DNA of 64,000 bases from Escherichia phage vB_Eco_F27: sequence record OP870146.1. One strand, written 5' to 3'. Shown here in pieces: positions 48,824 through 60,854 of the stretch. Numbering within the stretch: the first letter of the stretch is position 1; each line of letters opens with the position of its first letter. The position numbers were made by a program, and so were the translations under genes. Below the pieces are notes generated by a model. It was not told where the DNA came from. It searched no databases and saw only the letters and a program-made list of their open reading frames with translations.

Positions 48824-50556
48824 TGGAAATGATTAGCAGTAGCCTTAATTGGTTCGTGGGTGTTGTCGAGGACAGAATGGACCCATTAAAACAAGGGCGA
48901 GTTCGAGTTCGAGTCGTTGGTCTTCATCCAGCACAGAGAGCACAAGGTGATGTACAAGGTATTCCTACAGAAAAACTTCCATGGATGACTGTTATTCAAC
49001 CTATTACGTCTGCATCAATGTCAGGTATTGGTGGTTCTGTTACAGGTCCTGTTGAAGGAACTCGAGTATATGGTCATTTCTTAGACAAATGGAAAACAAA
49101 CGGGATTGTACTTGGTACATACGGCGGAATCGTACGTGAAAAGCCTAATAGACTTGAAGGTTTTTCAGACCCGACAGGCCAATATCCGCGACGTTTAGGT
49201 AATGATACGAACGTATTAAACCAAGGTGGTGAAGCTGGTTATTATTCGAACTCTAACGTAATTCAAGATAACAACTTGGATTATGGTATAAACCCAGACG
49301 ATACAGATTTAGCAAATATTCCAGAAGATGATGACCCTAATTTTACAATAACAGAAATGTTACGTCGTGACGAAGGTCTTCGTGATAAAGTGTATTGGGA
49401 CCATCTCGGATATCCTACCGTAGGTATTGGACACCTTATCGTAATGGAAAAGACCAGAGATATGTCTCGAATTAATAAATTGTTATCCGATCAAGTAGGG
49501 CGTGAAGTAACAGGAAATCCGGGAACTATTACATTAGAAGAAGCAACAGCGTTATTTGAGAAAGACCTTGCTAAGATGCAGAAAGACATTCGTTCTAATT
49601 CTAAAGTAGGTCCTGTTTATGCTAAAATGAACAGGTCTCGTCAAATGGCATTAGAAAACATGTGTTTCCAAATGGGCGTTGGTGGTGTAGCAAAATTCAA
49701 TACTATGCTTAAAGCAATGGCCACAGGCGATTGGAAAACTGCATACAAATCTGGACGCGATTCATTATGGTTCCAACAGACTAAAGGACGCGCTTCACGT
49801 GTAACAACAATTATTTTAACCGGTAACATGGAATCATACGGTGTTCCTGTTAAAACTCCGCCTTCACCAGGAGTTGGTGCCGATTTAGTTACTAGAAATA
49901 CCGATCCAGAAGACCCGGCCGGTCCTCCTGTTCCATTAGATTCACGTATCCTTTTTAAAGAACCAGAATCAAGTTATCGTGGTGAGTATCCATACGTTCA
50001 TGCTATGGAAACAGAAAGTGGTCATATCCAAGAATTTGACGATACTCCAGGTAATGAACGTTATCGCTTAGTTCATCCAACAGGGTCATATGAGGAAGTT
50101 TCTCCATCCGGCCGTCGTACTCGTAAAACTGTAGAAGACCTTTTTGACATCACTAATGGCGATGGGAACTTTTTGATTTCTGGCGATAAGCTTGTTAACG
50201 TTGGTGCTAATGAAATATATTATAACATGGCAGACCGCCTCCATCAAATAGACGGCAATGACACAATCTTTATTCGTGGTAACCAATCTAAAACTGTTGA
50301 AGGCGATGGAACTCTTTACGTTAAGGGTAATATCAAAATAGTTGTTGACGGAAATGCAGATATTCTTGTTAAAGGTGATGCTAAAACTCAGGTCGAAGGG
50401 AATCATGATTACACCGTCAACGGAAACGTTAAATGGACTGTTAATGGTAATGTTGATATGACTGTTGCCGGGGATTGGGCAGAAACAATGTCTACAATGA
50501 GCTCAGTAGCTTCAGGACAATACACCGTTGACGGATCTCGTATTGATATTGGGTAA
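48823..50556 (+). CDS. 5: baseplate hub and tail lysozyme gp5
   Basis: 577 aa; OB-fold N-terminus, lysozyme domain (...DEGLRDKVYWDHLGYPTVGIGHL...), C-terminal beta-helix VxGxxxxx repeats. Confidence 0.95.
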   Translation: MEMISSSLNWFVGVVEDRMDPLKQGRVRVRVVGLHPAQRAQGDVQGIPTEKLPWMTVIQPITSASMSGIGGSVTGPVEGTRVYGHFLDKWKTNGIVLGTYGGIVREKPNRLEGFSDPTGQYPRRLGNDTNVLNQGGEAGYYSNSNVIQDNNLDYGINPDDTDLANIPEDDDPNFTITEMLRRDEGLRDKVYWDHLGYPTVGIGHLIVMEKTRDMSRINKLLSDQVGREVTGNPGTITLEEATALFEKDLAKMQKDIRSNSKVGPVYAKMNRSRQMALENMCFQMGVGGVAKFNTMLKAMATGDWKTAYKSGRDSLWFQQTKGRASRVTTIILTGNMESYGVPVKTPPSPGVGADLVTRNTDPEDPAGPPVPLDSRILFKEPESSYRGEYPYVHAMETESGHIQEFDDTPGNERYRLVHPTGSYEEVSPSGRRTRKTVEDLFDITNGDGNFLISGDKLVNVGANEIYYNMADRLHQIDGNDTIFIRGNQSKTVEGDGTLYVKGNIKIVVDGNADILVKGDAKTQVEGNHDYTVNGNVKWTVNGNVDMTVAGDWAETMSTMSSVASGQYTVDGSRIDIG

Positions 50557-50559
50557 TAT

Positions 50560-51075
50560 ATGGCACAAATACTTCCTTTAAATACCGACTTAGGAGAAGA
50601 CATGGAAGGGGCGTCTATTGACGTCCTTTTTACTCCACAGTTAGAAACAACCGAAACTTTAGTGTCAATAAATATAACAGATTATGAACCGACACAAGGC
50701 ATTACGGTAGATGGTAATCGTTTATATGGAACATATGAAAGTGTGTTTAGCTTTTCTTCGGACGCATTGAAATACCGATTAAATGATGATTTTGAAACTG
50801 CATCTTCATGGGATGATTTACCAAAAGATGAGTCTACACAGTTATATTTGTGGAGAGCTCCTCAGAATCTTCGTAAAGTGTTTAGTTATACGGTTGAAAT
50901 GATTTATAACTACCAAGAAGAAAGTTCATCAGGCGGTTCTAGAAGTGACTCTGGTACAGAACCTCCACCGGCTCCAGTACAAAAAACTCTTACTAAGGTT
51001 TATACAAAAACTATAGTAGGAAATTGGAGCAAATGGGCTCATCAATTACGAAACTATGTTTATGTGAGGCCGTGA
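50560..51075 (+). CDS. gp5.1-like protein
   Basis: 171 aa ORF between genes 5 and 5.4. Confidence 0.65.
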   Translation: MAQILPLNTDLGEDMEGASIDVLFTPQLETTETLVSINITDYEPTQGITVDGNRLYGTYESVFSFSSDALKYRLNDDFETASSWDDLPKDESTQLYLWRAPQNLRKVFSYTVEMIYNYQEESSSGGSRSDSGTEPPPAPVQKTLTKVYTKTIVGNWSKWAHQLRNYVYVRP

Positions 51076-51077
51076 AA

Positions 51078-51371
51078 ATGTCTGGCTTAAGTTACGACAA
51101 GTGCGTTACAACAGGTCATAAAGCATGGCCTCCTACTGTAATAAATGCTTCCCAATCTAAAGTGTTCACCGGCGGTATTCCTGTTCTTGTGGCAGGAGAC
51201 CAAATAACACCTCATACAGAAATTAAAAAACCATACGAGACTCATGGAGGTGTTACTGAACCTCGTACATCTAAAGTATACGTCACCGGTAAAAAGGCCG
51301 TTCAAATGGCTGACCCAATTTCATGCGGGGATACTGTTTCTCAGGCCTCGTCAAAAGTCTTTATAAAATAG
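51078..51371 (+). CDS. 5.4: baseplate spike tip protein gp5.4 (PAAR-like)
   Basis: 97 aa [41 protein letters not shown]... Confidence 0.85.
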   Translation: MSGLSYDKCVTTGHKAWPPTVINASQSKVFTGGIPVLVAGDQITPHTEIKKPYETHGGVTEPRTSKVYVTGKKAVQMADPISCGDTVSQASSKVFIK

Positions 51372-51379
51372 GAATTAAA

Positions 51380-53353
51380 ATGGCAAACACTCCTGTAAAT
51401 TATCAATTAACACGAACAGCGAATGCTATTCCCGAGATTTTTATCGGGGGCACATTTGCCGAAATCAAACAGAACATTATCGAATGGCTCAATGGACAGA
51501 ATGAATTTCTTGATTATGATTTTGAAGGTTCACGCTTAAACGTATTGTGCGACCTTTTAGCATATAACACTCTTTACATCCAACAGTTCAGTAATAGTGC
51601 AGTGTATGAAAGTTTTATGCGTACTGCAAACTTGCGTAGTTCTGTTGTACAAGCGGCTCAAGATAACGGATATCTGCCTTCATCTAAATCAGCAGCACAA
51701 ACAGAAATTATGCTCACATGTACAGATGCATTAAATAGAAACTATATCACCATTCCACGTGGCACTCGTTTCTTAGCATACGCTAAAGATACTTCTGTTA
51801 ACCCGTATAACTTTGTTTCTACTGAAGATGTCATTGTAGTTAAAGACAAAAATAACCAATATTTTCCACGTCTTCGATTAGCTCAAGGACGTATTGTTCG
51901 CACTGAATTAACATTTGATAGATTAAAACCTATCATTATTCGTGATAAGAATATTGACCGTAATTTGGTTAAGTTGTATGTTGACGGAGCAGAATGGATT
52001 AACTGGACTCGTAAGTCGATGGTTCACGCTGGTTCTACGTCAACAATCTATTATATGCGTGAAACAGTTGATGGGAACACCGAATTTTATTTTGGTGAAG
52101 GCGAAATCTCTATTAACACATCAGAAGGTGCGTTAACATCTAACTATATTGGTGGCCTTAAACCTGTTCAGGGTTCTAAAATCGTAATTGAGTATATTTC
52201 TACTAATGGCGCAGATGCTAACGGTGCTGTAGGATTTTCTTATGCTGATACATTAGCTAATATCACGGTAATCGATATTAACGAGAACCCTAGCAATAAC
52301 CCAGACTTTGTCGGGGCCATCGGCGGCGGTGACCCTGAAGATATTGAACGTATCCGCGAATTAGGCACAATTAAACGCGAAACTCAACAACGTTGTGTAA
52401 CCGCTTCCGACTATGACACATTCGTCTCTGAGCGGTTTGGTTCTATTATTCAAGCGGTTCAAACATTCACAGATTCATCTAAACCAGGGTACGCATATAT
52501 TGCTGCTAAGCCTAAATCTGGATTGTATTTGACTTCTGTCCAACGCGATGATATCAAAAACTATTTGAATGATTATAACTTAGGGACTATTACACCTGTT
52601 GTTATTTCGCCTGATTATTTGTTTATCAAAATGAATATCAAAGTTACATACGCGTTGAATAAACTCCAAGAATCAGAACAATATCTTGAAGGGCAGATTA
52701 TTAATAAAATAGACCGTTATTATATTGAAGATGTAGAAATTTTTAACTCATCGTTTGCAAAATCTAAAATGCTAACTTATGTCGATGATGCAGATATTTC
52801 TATTATTGGTTCTTCAGCTACTATTCAAATGGTTCGCGAAGTACAAAACTTCTATAAAACGCCTGAGGCCGGTATTAAATACAATAATCAGATTAAAGAT
52901 AGATCGATGGAATCTAATATATTCTCGTTTGATTCGCACAGACCTAATCCAGAAAATGTAAATGAAACTATTAAATACGGTGTTCGCATAGTATCTTCTG
53001 ACCGTAATGATCGTGGCATAGGTCAAGTTATTATTGGTCCATTTGCAGACGGTGATGTTGTTGAAAACGAAAATATACAACCTTATACAGGTAATGATTT
53101 TAATAAACTTACTGTTACTGACGGACGAAACAAATACTATTCAATTGGTGAAGTGAATTATCCTGCCGATTCGATTTATTGGAACATTGCTAAAATTGAC
53201 CTCACTTCAGACCGTTTTGAAGTTCAAACAATTGAACTTTATTCCGACCCTGCAGATGATATTATTTTTACAAAGGATGGTTCTTTAATCGTATTCGAAA
53301 ATGACTTACGTCCTCAGTACTTAACTATAGATTTGGAGCCTATTTCACAATGA
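51380..53353 (+). CDS. 6: baseplate wedge protein gp6
   Basis: Start at ATG 51380 (MANTPVNYQLTRTANAIPEIFIGGTFAEIKQNIIEWLNGQ...). Confidence 0.92.
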   Translation: MANTPVNYQLTRTANAIPEIFIGGTFAEIKQNIIEWLNGQNEFLDYDFEGSRLNVLCDLLAYNTLYIQQFSNSAVYESFMRTANLRSSVVQAAQDNGYLPSSKSAAQTEIMLTCTDALNRNYITIPRGTRFLAYAKDTSVNPYNFVSTEDVIVVKDKNNQYFPRLRLAQGRIVRTELTFDRLKPIIIRDKNIDRNLVKLYVDGAEWINWTRKSMVHAGSTSTIYYMRETVDGNTEFYFGEGEISINTSEGALTSNYIGGLKPVQGSKIVIEYISTNGADANGAVGFSYADTLANITVIDINENPSNNPDFVGAIGGGDPEDIERIRELGTIKRETQQRCVTASDYDTFVSERFGSIIQAVQTFTDSSKPGYAYIAAKPKSGLYLTSVQRDDIKNYLNDYNLGTITPVVISPDYLFIKMNIKVTYALNKLQESEQYLEGQIINKIDRYYIEDVEIFNSSFAKSKMLTYVDDADISIIGSSATIQMVREVQNFYKTPEAGIKYNNQIKDRSMESNIFSFDSHRPNPENVNETIKYGVRIVSSDRNDRGIGQVIIGPFADGDVVENENIQPYTGNDFNKLTVTDGRNKYYSIGEVNYPADSIYWNIAKIDLTSDRFEVQTIELYSDPADDIIFTKDGSLIVFENDLRPQYLTIDLEPISQ

Positions 53354-56300
53354 CAGTAAAAGCGCCAGCAGTCACAAGTCTCAGAATATCCAAGTTGTCC
53401 GCTAACCAAGTTCAAATACGCTGGGATGACGTTGGTGCTAATTTCTACTATTTTGTAGAAATCGCTGAGACTAAAACGGCAGACGGGGAAATAATTCCCA
53501 CTGCCAGCTACAGATGGATAAATTTAGGATATACTCCTAATAGCAACTGGTTCGAAAGTAGCTTAGACCCATTAACTTCTTATATTATTCGTGTATCAAC
53601 TGCCGCCGAAGGCTTCGAGAGATCTGATTGGGTATATACCGAAATATTTGAATCATTTCAGACTAACGCGTATACATTTCAACATATGATTGAAATGCAA
53701 TTGGCTAACACTTTTATTAGAGAAAAATTTACAAATAACAACATGGCTTATGTCGATTTTAATACCGACACTATAATGGCAGCTCTAATGAATGAATCGT
53801 TCCAATTTAGCCCTGCTTATGCGGATATTTCATCTATTAAAAATTTCATTATTGGCGAAAATGAGTATCATGAAATTCAAGGTTCGATTCAACAGGTGTG
53901 TCATGATATAAACCGTGTTTATTTGATGGAATCCGAAGGAATTCTTTATTTGTTTGAACGGTATCAGCCTGTGGTTAAAGTCTCTAATGATAAGGGACAA
54001 ACCTGGAAATCGGTTAAATTGTTTAATGACCGTGTAGGGTACCCTGTATCAAGAACAGTGTATTACCAGACAGATTATACCACGTATGTTCTTGGGTACG
54101 ATAAATTATTTTACGGTCGTAAATCAACTGACGTTCGTTGGTCTGCTGATGATGTGAGATTTAGTTCTCAAGATATAACATTTGCTAAAATTGGTGACCA
54201 GTTAAATTTAGGATTTGATGTAGAAATATTTGGTAACTATGCATCATTACCTGCTAACGTATCACGTATTGCAGAAGCTATCGTTTGCAATGACGATTAT
54301 GTATACGTTGCTGCTCGAGATAAAGTTCGTTTTATTAAAACTAGTAATGCCCCTATTGATTCAGACCCGTTATCTCCGACATATTCCGAACGTTTGTTTG
54401 AACAAGAAACATTTAACATCACAGGTAACCCTAAGGCAGTTTGCTATAAAATGGATTCTGTCGGTGGTAAGATATTTGCACTGATTATCGGTGAAGTTGT
54501 TAATCTTAACGATGACCCGAGGACTACTCCTATTGTTGATTCTTCTGATAAGGGTATTTACGTTCTAGACCATGACGCTGGCACATTTAAACGTGTGTTT
54601 GGTAATACTGAAGAAGAACGTCGCCGTATTGAACCAGGGTACACCAGTATGTCTACTGATGGTGTTGAGTTATCTATTTCATCTAGTAATTTTAAATTTC
54701 TAGAATCAGATATTGTTGATGACCCAAAAACACAAGTCAAGTACGGTTTAATCGGTGCTGTTAAATATGAGTATCCTCGTGAATGGCTGGCTGATAAACA
54801 TTACCATATGATGGCATTTATTTCAACTGAAGACTCTCAATGGGAATCGTTCACTCCCCAACCGATGGAATACTATGCCGAGCCGTTCTTTAGTTATTCT
54901 AGAAAGTCTGGTACTCGTTGTTGGATTAATAACTCAGACAAGGCCGTTGTAATTTATTCTGATTTACTTTACACTAAGGTTATTGAGAATCATCCACTTA
55001 GTTCTTCAGACCGTGAAGTTCATGAATATTGGAAGGACGGTGACTGTACAATAGTGATGCCTAACGTAGATTTCACCGGATTTAAAAAATATGCATCCGG
55101 CATGATTTTCTATAAATCATCAGGTGAGATTATTTCTTATTATGATTTTAGTTATCGTGTTAGAGATAATGTTTCTATAATTTGGAAGCCTACTAATATA
55201 TTCTTAACAGCATCATTACAAAACCAAGAAAAAGATACCACATGGACTCCTGTGGAAGAGAATGGTATTGCGGACCCAGATTTACGACCATTGCTCACTA
55301 CAATGATGCCGGAGTCTTATCTTTTAGATAATACAAACTTCGAAGCATTCTGCGAGGCTTATATTCAGTATCTTTCTGACGGTTATGGGACCCATTATAA
55401 CAACCTTTTGAATCTTATTAAAAATCAATATCCGCGCGAAGAACATGCGTGGGAATACTTATGGTCTGAGATTTATAAACGAAACATTTACTTAAACGCC
55501 GAAAAACGCGATTTAGTGTCTCGTTTCTTTGAATCAAGAAGTTATGACTTCTATTCAACTAAAGGAACTGAAGCATCGTATAAATTCTTGTTTAAAGTGC
55601 TTTATAACGAAGATGTTGAAATTGAAATTGAATCTAGTTCCGGGACCGAATATGATATCATCATTGAATCTGATTCGCTGACAGAAGATTTGGTCGGACA
55701 AACCATATACACCGCGACAGGACGTTGTAATGTGACGTATATCGAGAGAAGTTACTCTAAAGGTAAATTACAATGGACTGTAACAATTCACAACCTCTTA
55801 GGTCGTTTAATCCAAGGACAGGAAGTTAAAGCTGAAAGACTCCCTGGTTTTGAAGGTGAAATTGTTCGTGGTATTAAAGGTAAAGAGCTTTCTCAGAACA
55901 ACATCGATTACATAAATCGTGGTAGAGCATACTACGTAATGAAGATTAAATCTAAACTTCCATCATCTCGTTGGAAATCAGACGTATTACGTTTTGTTCA
56001 TCCGGTTGGATTTGGATTTATCGCAATTACACTTCTCACAATGTTTATTAACACCGGTTTAACACTTAAACATGTTGAAACCATTATTAATAAATACAAA
56101 AACTATAAGTGGGATTCTGGATTACCGACTAAATATGCAGACCGAGTGGCTAAATTAGACCCACAAGGAAATGTTGAGTTTGACCCTATTACAGGTAAAG
56201 CGATATATGAAATAGGCCCTATGGCTGGTCAAGATTATCCATTACCTGAAGATTATAACGCTGAAAACAATAACTCCATATTTCAAGGTCAACTTCCATC

Positions 56301-56448
56301 GGAACGACGTAAACTGATGAGCCCATTATTTGATGCGTCCGGAACAACATTCTCTAGATTTAGAGATTTGGTTGAACAACGGTTAATCGATAATGTAGGA
56401 AATCCAAGAGACCCCGTGAATCCACCACAGGTTAAATTAGATGAATGA
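53350..56448 (+). CDS. 7: baseplate wedge initiator gp7
   Basis: 1032 aa, same length as T4 gp7. Confidence 0.92.
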   Translation: MTVKAPAVTSLRISKLSANQVQIRWDDVGANFYYFVEIAETKTADGEIIPTASYRWINLGYTPNSNWFESSLDPLTSYIIRVSTAAEGFERSDWVYTEIFESFQTNAYTFQHMIEMQLANTFIREKFTNNNMAYVDFNTDTIMAALMNESFQFSPAYADISSIKNFIIGENEYHEIQGSIQQVCHDINRVYLMESEGILYLFERYQPVVKVSNDKGQTWKSVKLFNDRVGYPVSRTVYYQTDYTTYVLGYDKLFYGRKSTDVRWSADDVRFSSQDITFAKIGDQLNLGFDVEIFGNYASLPANVSRIAEAIVCNDDYVYVAARDKVRFIKTSNAPIDSDPLSPTYSERLFEQETFNITGNPKAVCYKMDSVGGKIFALIIGEVVNLNDDPRTTPIVDSSDKGIYVLDHDAGTFKRVFGNTEEERRRIEPGYTSMSTDGVELSISSSNFKFLESDIVDDPKTQVKYGLIGAVKYEYPREWLADKHYHMMAFISTEDSQWESFTPQPMEYYAEPFFSYSRKSGTRCWINNSDKAVVIYSDLLYTKVIENHPLSSSDREVHEYWKDGDCTIVMPNVDFTGFKKYASGMIFYKSSGEIISYYDFSYRVRDNVSIIWKPTNIFLTASLQNQEKDTTWTPVEENGIADPDLRPLLTTMMPESYLLDNTNFEAFCEAYIQYLSDGYGTHYNNLLNLIKNQYPREEHAWEYLWSEIYKRNIYLNAEKRDLVSRFFESRSYDFYSTKGTEASYKFLFKVLYNEDVEIEIESSSGTEYDIIIESDSLTEDLVGQTIYTATGRCNVTYIERSYSKGKLQWTVTIHNLLGRLIQGQEVKAERLPGFEGEIVRGIKGKELSQNNIDYINRGRAYYVMKIKSKLPSSRWKSDVLRFVHPVGFGFIAITLLTMFINTGLTLKHVETIINKYKNYKWDSGLPTKYADRVAKLDPQGNVEFDPITGKAIYEIGPMAGQDYPLPEDYNAENNNSIFQGQLPSERRKLMSPLFDASGTTFSRFRDLVEQRLIDNVGNPRDPVNPPQVKLDE

Positions 56449-57445
56449 TTCAAGTGTTATCTATCGTGCAATAGTTACATCAAAATTTAGAACAGAAAAA
56501 ATGCTGAATTTTTATAATTCAGTTGGGGATGGAGATGATAAGAACTCCATTTATATTACGTTTGGACGTTCAGAGCCTTGGGCGTCAAATGAAAATGAGG
56601 TGGGCTTCGCCCCACCTTATCCTACAGATTCTGTTCTTGGTGTTACTGATATGTGGACCCATATGATGGGTACCGTTAAAGTTTTACCTTCAATGTTAGA
56701 TTCTGTTATTCCTAGACGTGATTGGGGAGATGTGCGATATCCAGACCCTTACACGTTTAGAATTAATGATATAGTCGCATGTAATACTGCTCCGTACAAC
56801 GCGACAGAAGTTGGAGCCGGTTGGTTAATTTACCGTTGTTTAGATGTCCCTGACGTAGGGCTCTGTTCAATAGAATCTTTAGATAATAAAGATGAATGTC
56901 TTAAATTGGGTGGTAAATGGACTCCGTCTGTTCGTTCTATGTCTCCTCCTGAAGGCAGAGGCGATGCTAATGGGGTTATCGAAACCGGTGATGGATATAT
57001 TTGGGAATATCTTTACGAGATTCCTGCCGATGTGTCAATTAACCGTTGCACTAATGAATATCTTGTAGTTCCGTGGCCGGAAGAAATTAAAGAAGACCCC
57101 ACCCGTTGGGGATATGAAAATAACTTAACTTGGCAACAAGACGACTACGGCTTGATTTACCGTGTTAAAGCTAATACGATGCGGTTTAAAGCATATTTTG
57201 ATTCTGTTTATTTCCCTGAGGCAGCTTTGCCTGGTAACAAGGGTTTTAGACAGATATCAATTATCGCAAACCCGTTAGAAGCTAAGAAAAATCCAAATGA
57301 CCCTAATGTTAAAGCAGAAAAGGATTATTATGACCCTAGAGACCTGCAACGTCATTCTGGTGAAATGATTTATATGGAAAACCGACCACCTGTTATTATG
57401 GCAATGGACCAAACAGAAGAAATTAACATTTTGTTTATGTTTTAA
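56441..57445 (+). CDS. 8: baseplate wedge protein gp8
   Basis: 334 aa, same length and order as T4 gp8. Confidence 0.92.
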   Translation: MNDSSVIYRAIVTSKFRTEKMLNFYNSVGDGDDKNSIYITFGRSEPWASNENEVGFAPPYPTDSVLGVTDMWTHMMGTVKVLPSMLDSVIPRRDWGDVRYPDPYTFRINDIVACNTAPYNATEVGAGWLIYRCLDVPDVGLCSIESLDNKDECLKLGGKWTPSVRSMSPPEGRGDANGVIETGDGYIWEYLYEIPADVSINRCTNEYLVVPWPEEIKEDPTRWGYENNLTWQQDDYGLIYRVKANTMRFKAYFDSVYFPEAALPGNKGFRQISIIANPLEAKKNPNDPNVKAEKDYYDPRDLQRHSGEMIYMENRPPVIMAMDQTEEINILFMF

Positions 57446-57448
57446 TTA

Positions 57449-57474
57449 GGGAGCCTTCGGGCTCCCATTTTTGT
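57449..57474 (+). terminator. intrinsic terminator GGGAGCC-TTCG-GGCTCCC plus U-run after gene 8
   Basis: Perfect 7-bp stem with UUCG loop and ATTTTTGT, seen directly. Confidence 0.7.
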
Positions 57475-57477
57475 ATC

Positions 57478-57485
57478 TATAAATA
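57478..57485 (+). promoter_or_regulatory. late promoter TATAAATA for gene 9
   Basis: Exact consensus 33 nt upstream of the gene 9 ATG. Confidence 0.65.
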
Positions 57486-57517
57486 GAATATAATATCGGA
57501 CAACAAAAGGCAGAATT

Positions 57518-58390
57518 ATGGCATTTTTTAAGCAAACTCCTAAACAATTAATCGATACCGGCGAAATTGGTAATGCCTCAACAGGTGATATCTTATTCGA
57601 CGGTGGTAATAAAATAAATGACGATATCAACGCTATTTACAATGCATTTGGCGATCAACGTAAAATGGCCGTGGCAGATGGAACCGGACCTACAGGTCAA
57701 ACTATTCATGCCACAGGTTATTATCAAAAAGGAAAGGCGGTCGATTATCAAACTCCTATTAAACCAGGCACTATGCATGATATTGATGCTTCTGATGGTG
57801 GTGTGATTGTTATTATTGACCGTCCTGAATTAGGTGACTCTGTAGAATTCATAAACTCTAATGGGTCTATTTCTGTTAACAATCCTTTAAGTATCCAAGT
57901 AACCGATGGTTCGATTAAAGGTGTTCTTAATAATCTTGTTATTTCCACCCCTTATACCCATGTTGTTCTTCGTTGTGTTGAAATTAATGGGCCAACTTCA
58001 GTATGGAATTATTCTACTGATAGCATGTTTGGGCAGAAAGAATCTCCTGTTGATGGGACTTGGAGTCTTACAGGAAACTCAGTTTCTATTCCTCTGTTTT
58101 ATCGCACAGATTATAACATGGCTAAATTGCTTGTTACATGCCAATCCGCCGACGGTAGAAAAATAAAAACATGTGAAATAAATATTCTAATAGATACAAT
58201 TAACTCAGAAGTTCTTTCTACCGAATTTGCAGTAATGCGAGTTGGTAATGTAGATGAAACCGACGAGATTGCTAATATTAGCTTTAGTATTATTAACAAC
58301 TTTGCTACTATGACGATTACATCCGATATTATTGGATTACGTTCAGCAGTTAAAATTATCTCAACTCAGAAAATTGGGGTCGCTCAATAA
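57518..58390 (+). CDS. 9: baseplate wedge / long tail fibre socket protein gp9
   Basis: 290 aa MAFFKQTPKQLIDTGEIGNASTGDILFDGGNKINDDINAIYNAFGDQ... Confidence 0.9.
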   Translation: MAFFKQTPKQLIDTGEIGNASTGDILFDGGNKINDDINAIYNAFGDQRKMAVADGTGPTGQTIHATGYYQKGKAVDYQTPIKPGTMHDIDASDGGVIVIIDRPELGDSVEFINSNGSISVNNPLSIQVTDGSIKGVLNNLVISTPYTHVVLRCVEINGPTSVWNYSTDSMFGQKESPVDGTWSLTGNSVSIPLFYRTDYNMAKLLVTCQSADGRKIKTCEINILIDTINSEVLSTEFAVMRVGNVDETDEIANISFSIINNFATMTITSDIIGLRSAVKIISTQKIGVAQ

Positions 58391-60195
58391 TGAAACAAAA
58401 TATTAAAATTGGTAACGTCGTTGATGACGGACAAGGCGATTACCTTCGTCGAGGTGGTGAAAAAATAAATGAGAACTTTGACGAAATCTATTATGAATTA
58501 GGTGATGGTGAAGTTCCTTATGCCGCTGGTGCATGGAAGACTTATGATGCGGCTGATGGTCTTAATCTTAAGGCTGCTTGGGGTAAATCTTATGCAATTA
58601 ATACTACTTCTGGGCGAGTTTCGGTAAATCTTCCTAAAGGGACAATTGCAGACTATAATAAAGTTATTCGTGCTCGTGACGTATTTGCAACTTGGAACAT
58701 TAACCCTGTTACTTTAATTCCGGCAAACGGAGACACGATTAAAGGTTCTTCATCTCCGGTAGAAATTAACGTTCAGTTCTCTGATTTAGAATTAGTTTAT
58801 TGTGCTCCTGGACGTTGGGAATACATCAAGAACAAACAAATTGACAAAATAGTTAGCTCTGACATTAGTAACGTTGCTCGTAGAGAATATCTGGTTGAAA
58901 CCCAAGGTCAGACCGATTTCATGGATGTTTTTAACGGGACCTCTTATAACGTTAACAACATTCGCGTAAAACATCGTGGCAACGAATTGTACTATGGTGA
59001 TGTATTCAGTGATAACAGTGATTTTGGTTCTCCAGGCGCTAATCCTGGTGAACTGGTTGCACTTGATGGATTTAATATTAGATTACGCCAACCATGTAAT
59101 GTTGGAGACACTGTACAAATTGAGACATTCCTAGATGGTGTTTCTCAGTGGCGTAGTTCATATACTCGTCGCCAAGTTCGCATTTTAGATAGTAAATTGA
59201 CTGCTAAAAAGTCTATTGACGGAAGTATTTACGTCACCGATTTGAGTACTTTCCGGTCTATTCCATTTACAGCATTTGGTATTAATCCTACGGAACCACC
59301 TAACCCAAATTCATTAGAAGTTCGCTTCAATGGTATTCTCCAAGAATTAGCTGGTACTGTTGGAACTCCTATTTTCCGTTGTGAAGGTGTGGATGCTGAT
59401 TCTGAAGAGTCATGCGCTAATCTCGGTGGGACATGGACCCAATCATATACAGATTATGCGATTGAATATACTGATAATATCCCTAGCGCAATTCTGTTTG
59501 ACCGTCAATTTGAAGACCAAGACATTATTACCATCACATGGTTTAATAACGATTTAGGAACTCTTCTTGAAATGGAAGAAATCCTTGATGTCGCTGATGA
59601 GAAATATGTTTCTCAAGGGTCTAACATTGAAATTACTGGTGACGTTGCATTAACCGATTTCGATAAAATTGGATGGCCTAATGTAGAACCTGTTCCTAAG
59701 TATGAACGTGAATTCTCGACTATCTCAGCAATATTTGACACAATTTATCCTGTCGGGACTATTTACGAAAATGCGGTTAACCCTAATAATCCGGCCACTT
59801 ATTTAGGTTTTGGTTCGTGGAAAATTTGGGGACAAGGCAAAGTATTAGCAGGTTGGAATGACGACGCGGCGGATCCTAATTTTGCATTAAATAATAATGA
59901 CCTTGACGTCAATGGTAACCCTACTCATACCGCAGGTGGTACTGTTGGTGTAACAACTATCACATTAGAAAATGCTGATTTACCAGCTACACAAACCGAT
60001 GAAAAGGTTCTTATTTCTGATGATAATGGTACGGTAATTATAGGCGGTTGCCAATATGACCCGGATGCAGAAGGTCCTATTTACACTAAATATCGTGAAG
60101 ACCATGCAAAGACTAATGGATCTCATGTTCCAGCGCGTTCTATAACTAATATTCAGCCATCTATAACTGTATACCGTTGGGTAAGGATTGCATAA
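58390..60195 (+). CDS. 10: baseplate wedge and tail pin protein gp10
   Basis: 601 aa. Confidence 0.9.
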   Translation: MKQNIKIGNVVDDGQGDYLRRGGEKINENFDEIYYELGDGEVPYAAGAWKTYDAADGLNLKAAWGKSYAINTTSGRVSVNLPKGTIADYNKVIRARDVFATWNINPVTLIPANGDTIKGSSSPVEINVQFSDLELVYCAPGRWEYIKNKQIDKIVSSDISNVARREYLVETQGQTDFMDVFNGTSYNVNNIRVKHRGNELYYGDVFSDNSDFGSPGANPGELVALDGFNIRLRQPCNVGDTVQIETFLDGVSQWRSSYTRRQVRILDSKLTAKKSIDGSIYVTDLSTFRSIPFTAFGINPTEPPNPNSLEVRFNGILQELAGTVGTPIFRCEGVDADSEESCANLGGTWTQSYTDYAIEYTDNIPSAILFDRQFEDQDIITITWFNNDLGTLLEMEEILDVADEKYVSQGSNIEITGDVALTDFDKIGWPNVEPVPKYEREFSTISAIFDTIYPVGTIYENAVNPNNPATYLGFGSWKIWGQGKVLAGWNDDAADPNFALNNNDLDVNGNPTHTAGGTVGVTTITLENADLPATQTDEKVLISDDNGTVIIGGCQYDPDAEGPIYTKYREDHAKTNGSHVPARSITNIQPSITVYRWVRIA

Positions 60196-60854
60196 TGACT
60201 GTACTTAATACAAAGGCTGGAGTTATTTCCCGTCATGCTGATTTTTTGAATTACAGAAAAAATCCAGCTCAAATTGATGTTTTAAACAACCAAGCTGTAG
60301 GTTCCGTGACTATTTCTCAGTTAGCTCGCGGTTTTTATGATGCTAACGTAGAATCTGCAATAAATGATGTCCATAATATGGCACGAGCTGATATTGGTAC
60401 TGTTGTCACAAACACTTCAGGCATATCGCCTGAAGGTACAGCACAAGTTGATTATTGGACTTTTTCTGGTGATGTTCTCGACGATACTTTGGCCCCTGGA
60501 ACGCCGGTCGTTATTAACGTATTTGGACTTGCTGTTAAAGCAACAATCGGTATGACTGATAACGAATTAACGGCACAAGTTCGTATAGCTTTACAAGAAG
60601 CCATTGCTAATCAAATCGCTATTTCTTCTTATAAAGACCATCCGTCTGAAGGTAATAAACTTCAGGTGACATATTTAGATAACCAACGTCATGTGTTGCC
60701 AACATATGCTTCGTTTGGTGTAACAATTTCGCAAGAAATTTTGTCTGAAGCAAAATCCGGATACGGAACATGGAATTTATTGGGTGCCCAAACGGTTACT
60801 CTTGATAACCATGATACTCCTACCGTTTTCTACCACTTTGTGAGAGCCTCATGA
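60195..60854 (+). CDS. 11: baseplate wedge and tail pin protein gp11
   Basis: Start at ATG 60195 overlapping the gp10 stop (TAATG); [17 protein letters not shown]... Confidence 0.9.
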   Translation: MTVLNTKAGVISRHADFLNYRKNPAQIDVLNNQAVGSVTISQLARGFYDANVESAINDVHNMARADIGTVVTNTSGISPEGTAQVDYWTFSGDVLDDTLAPGTPVVINVFGLAVKATIGMTDNELTAQVRIALQEAIANQIAISSYKDHPSEGNKLQVTYLDNQRHVLPTYASFGVTISQEILSEAKSGYGTWNLLGAQTVTLDNHDTPTVFYHFVRAS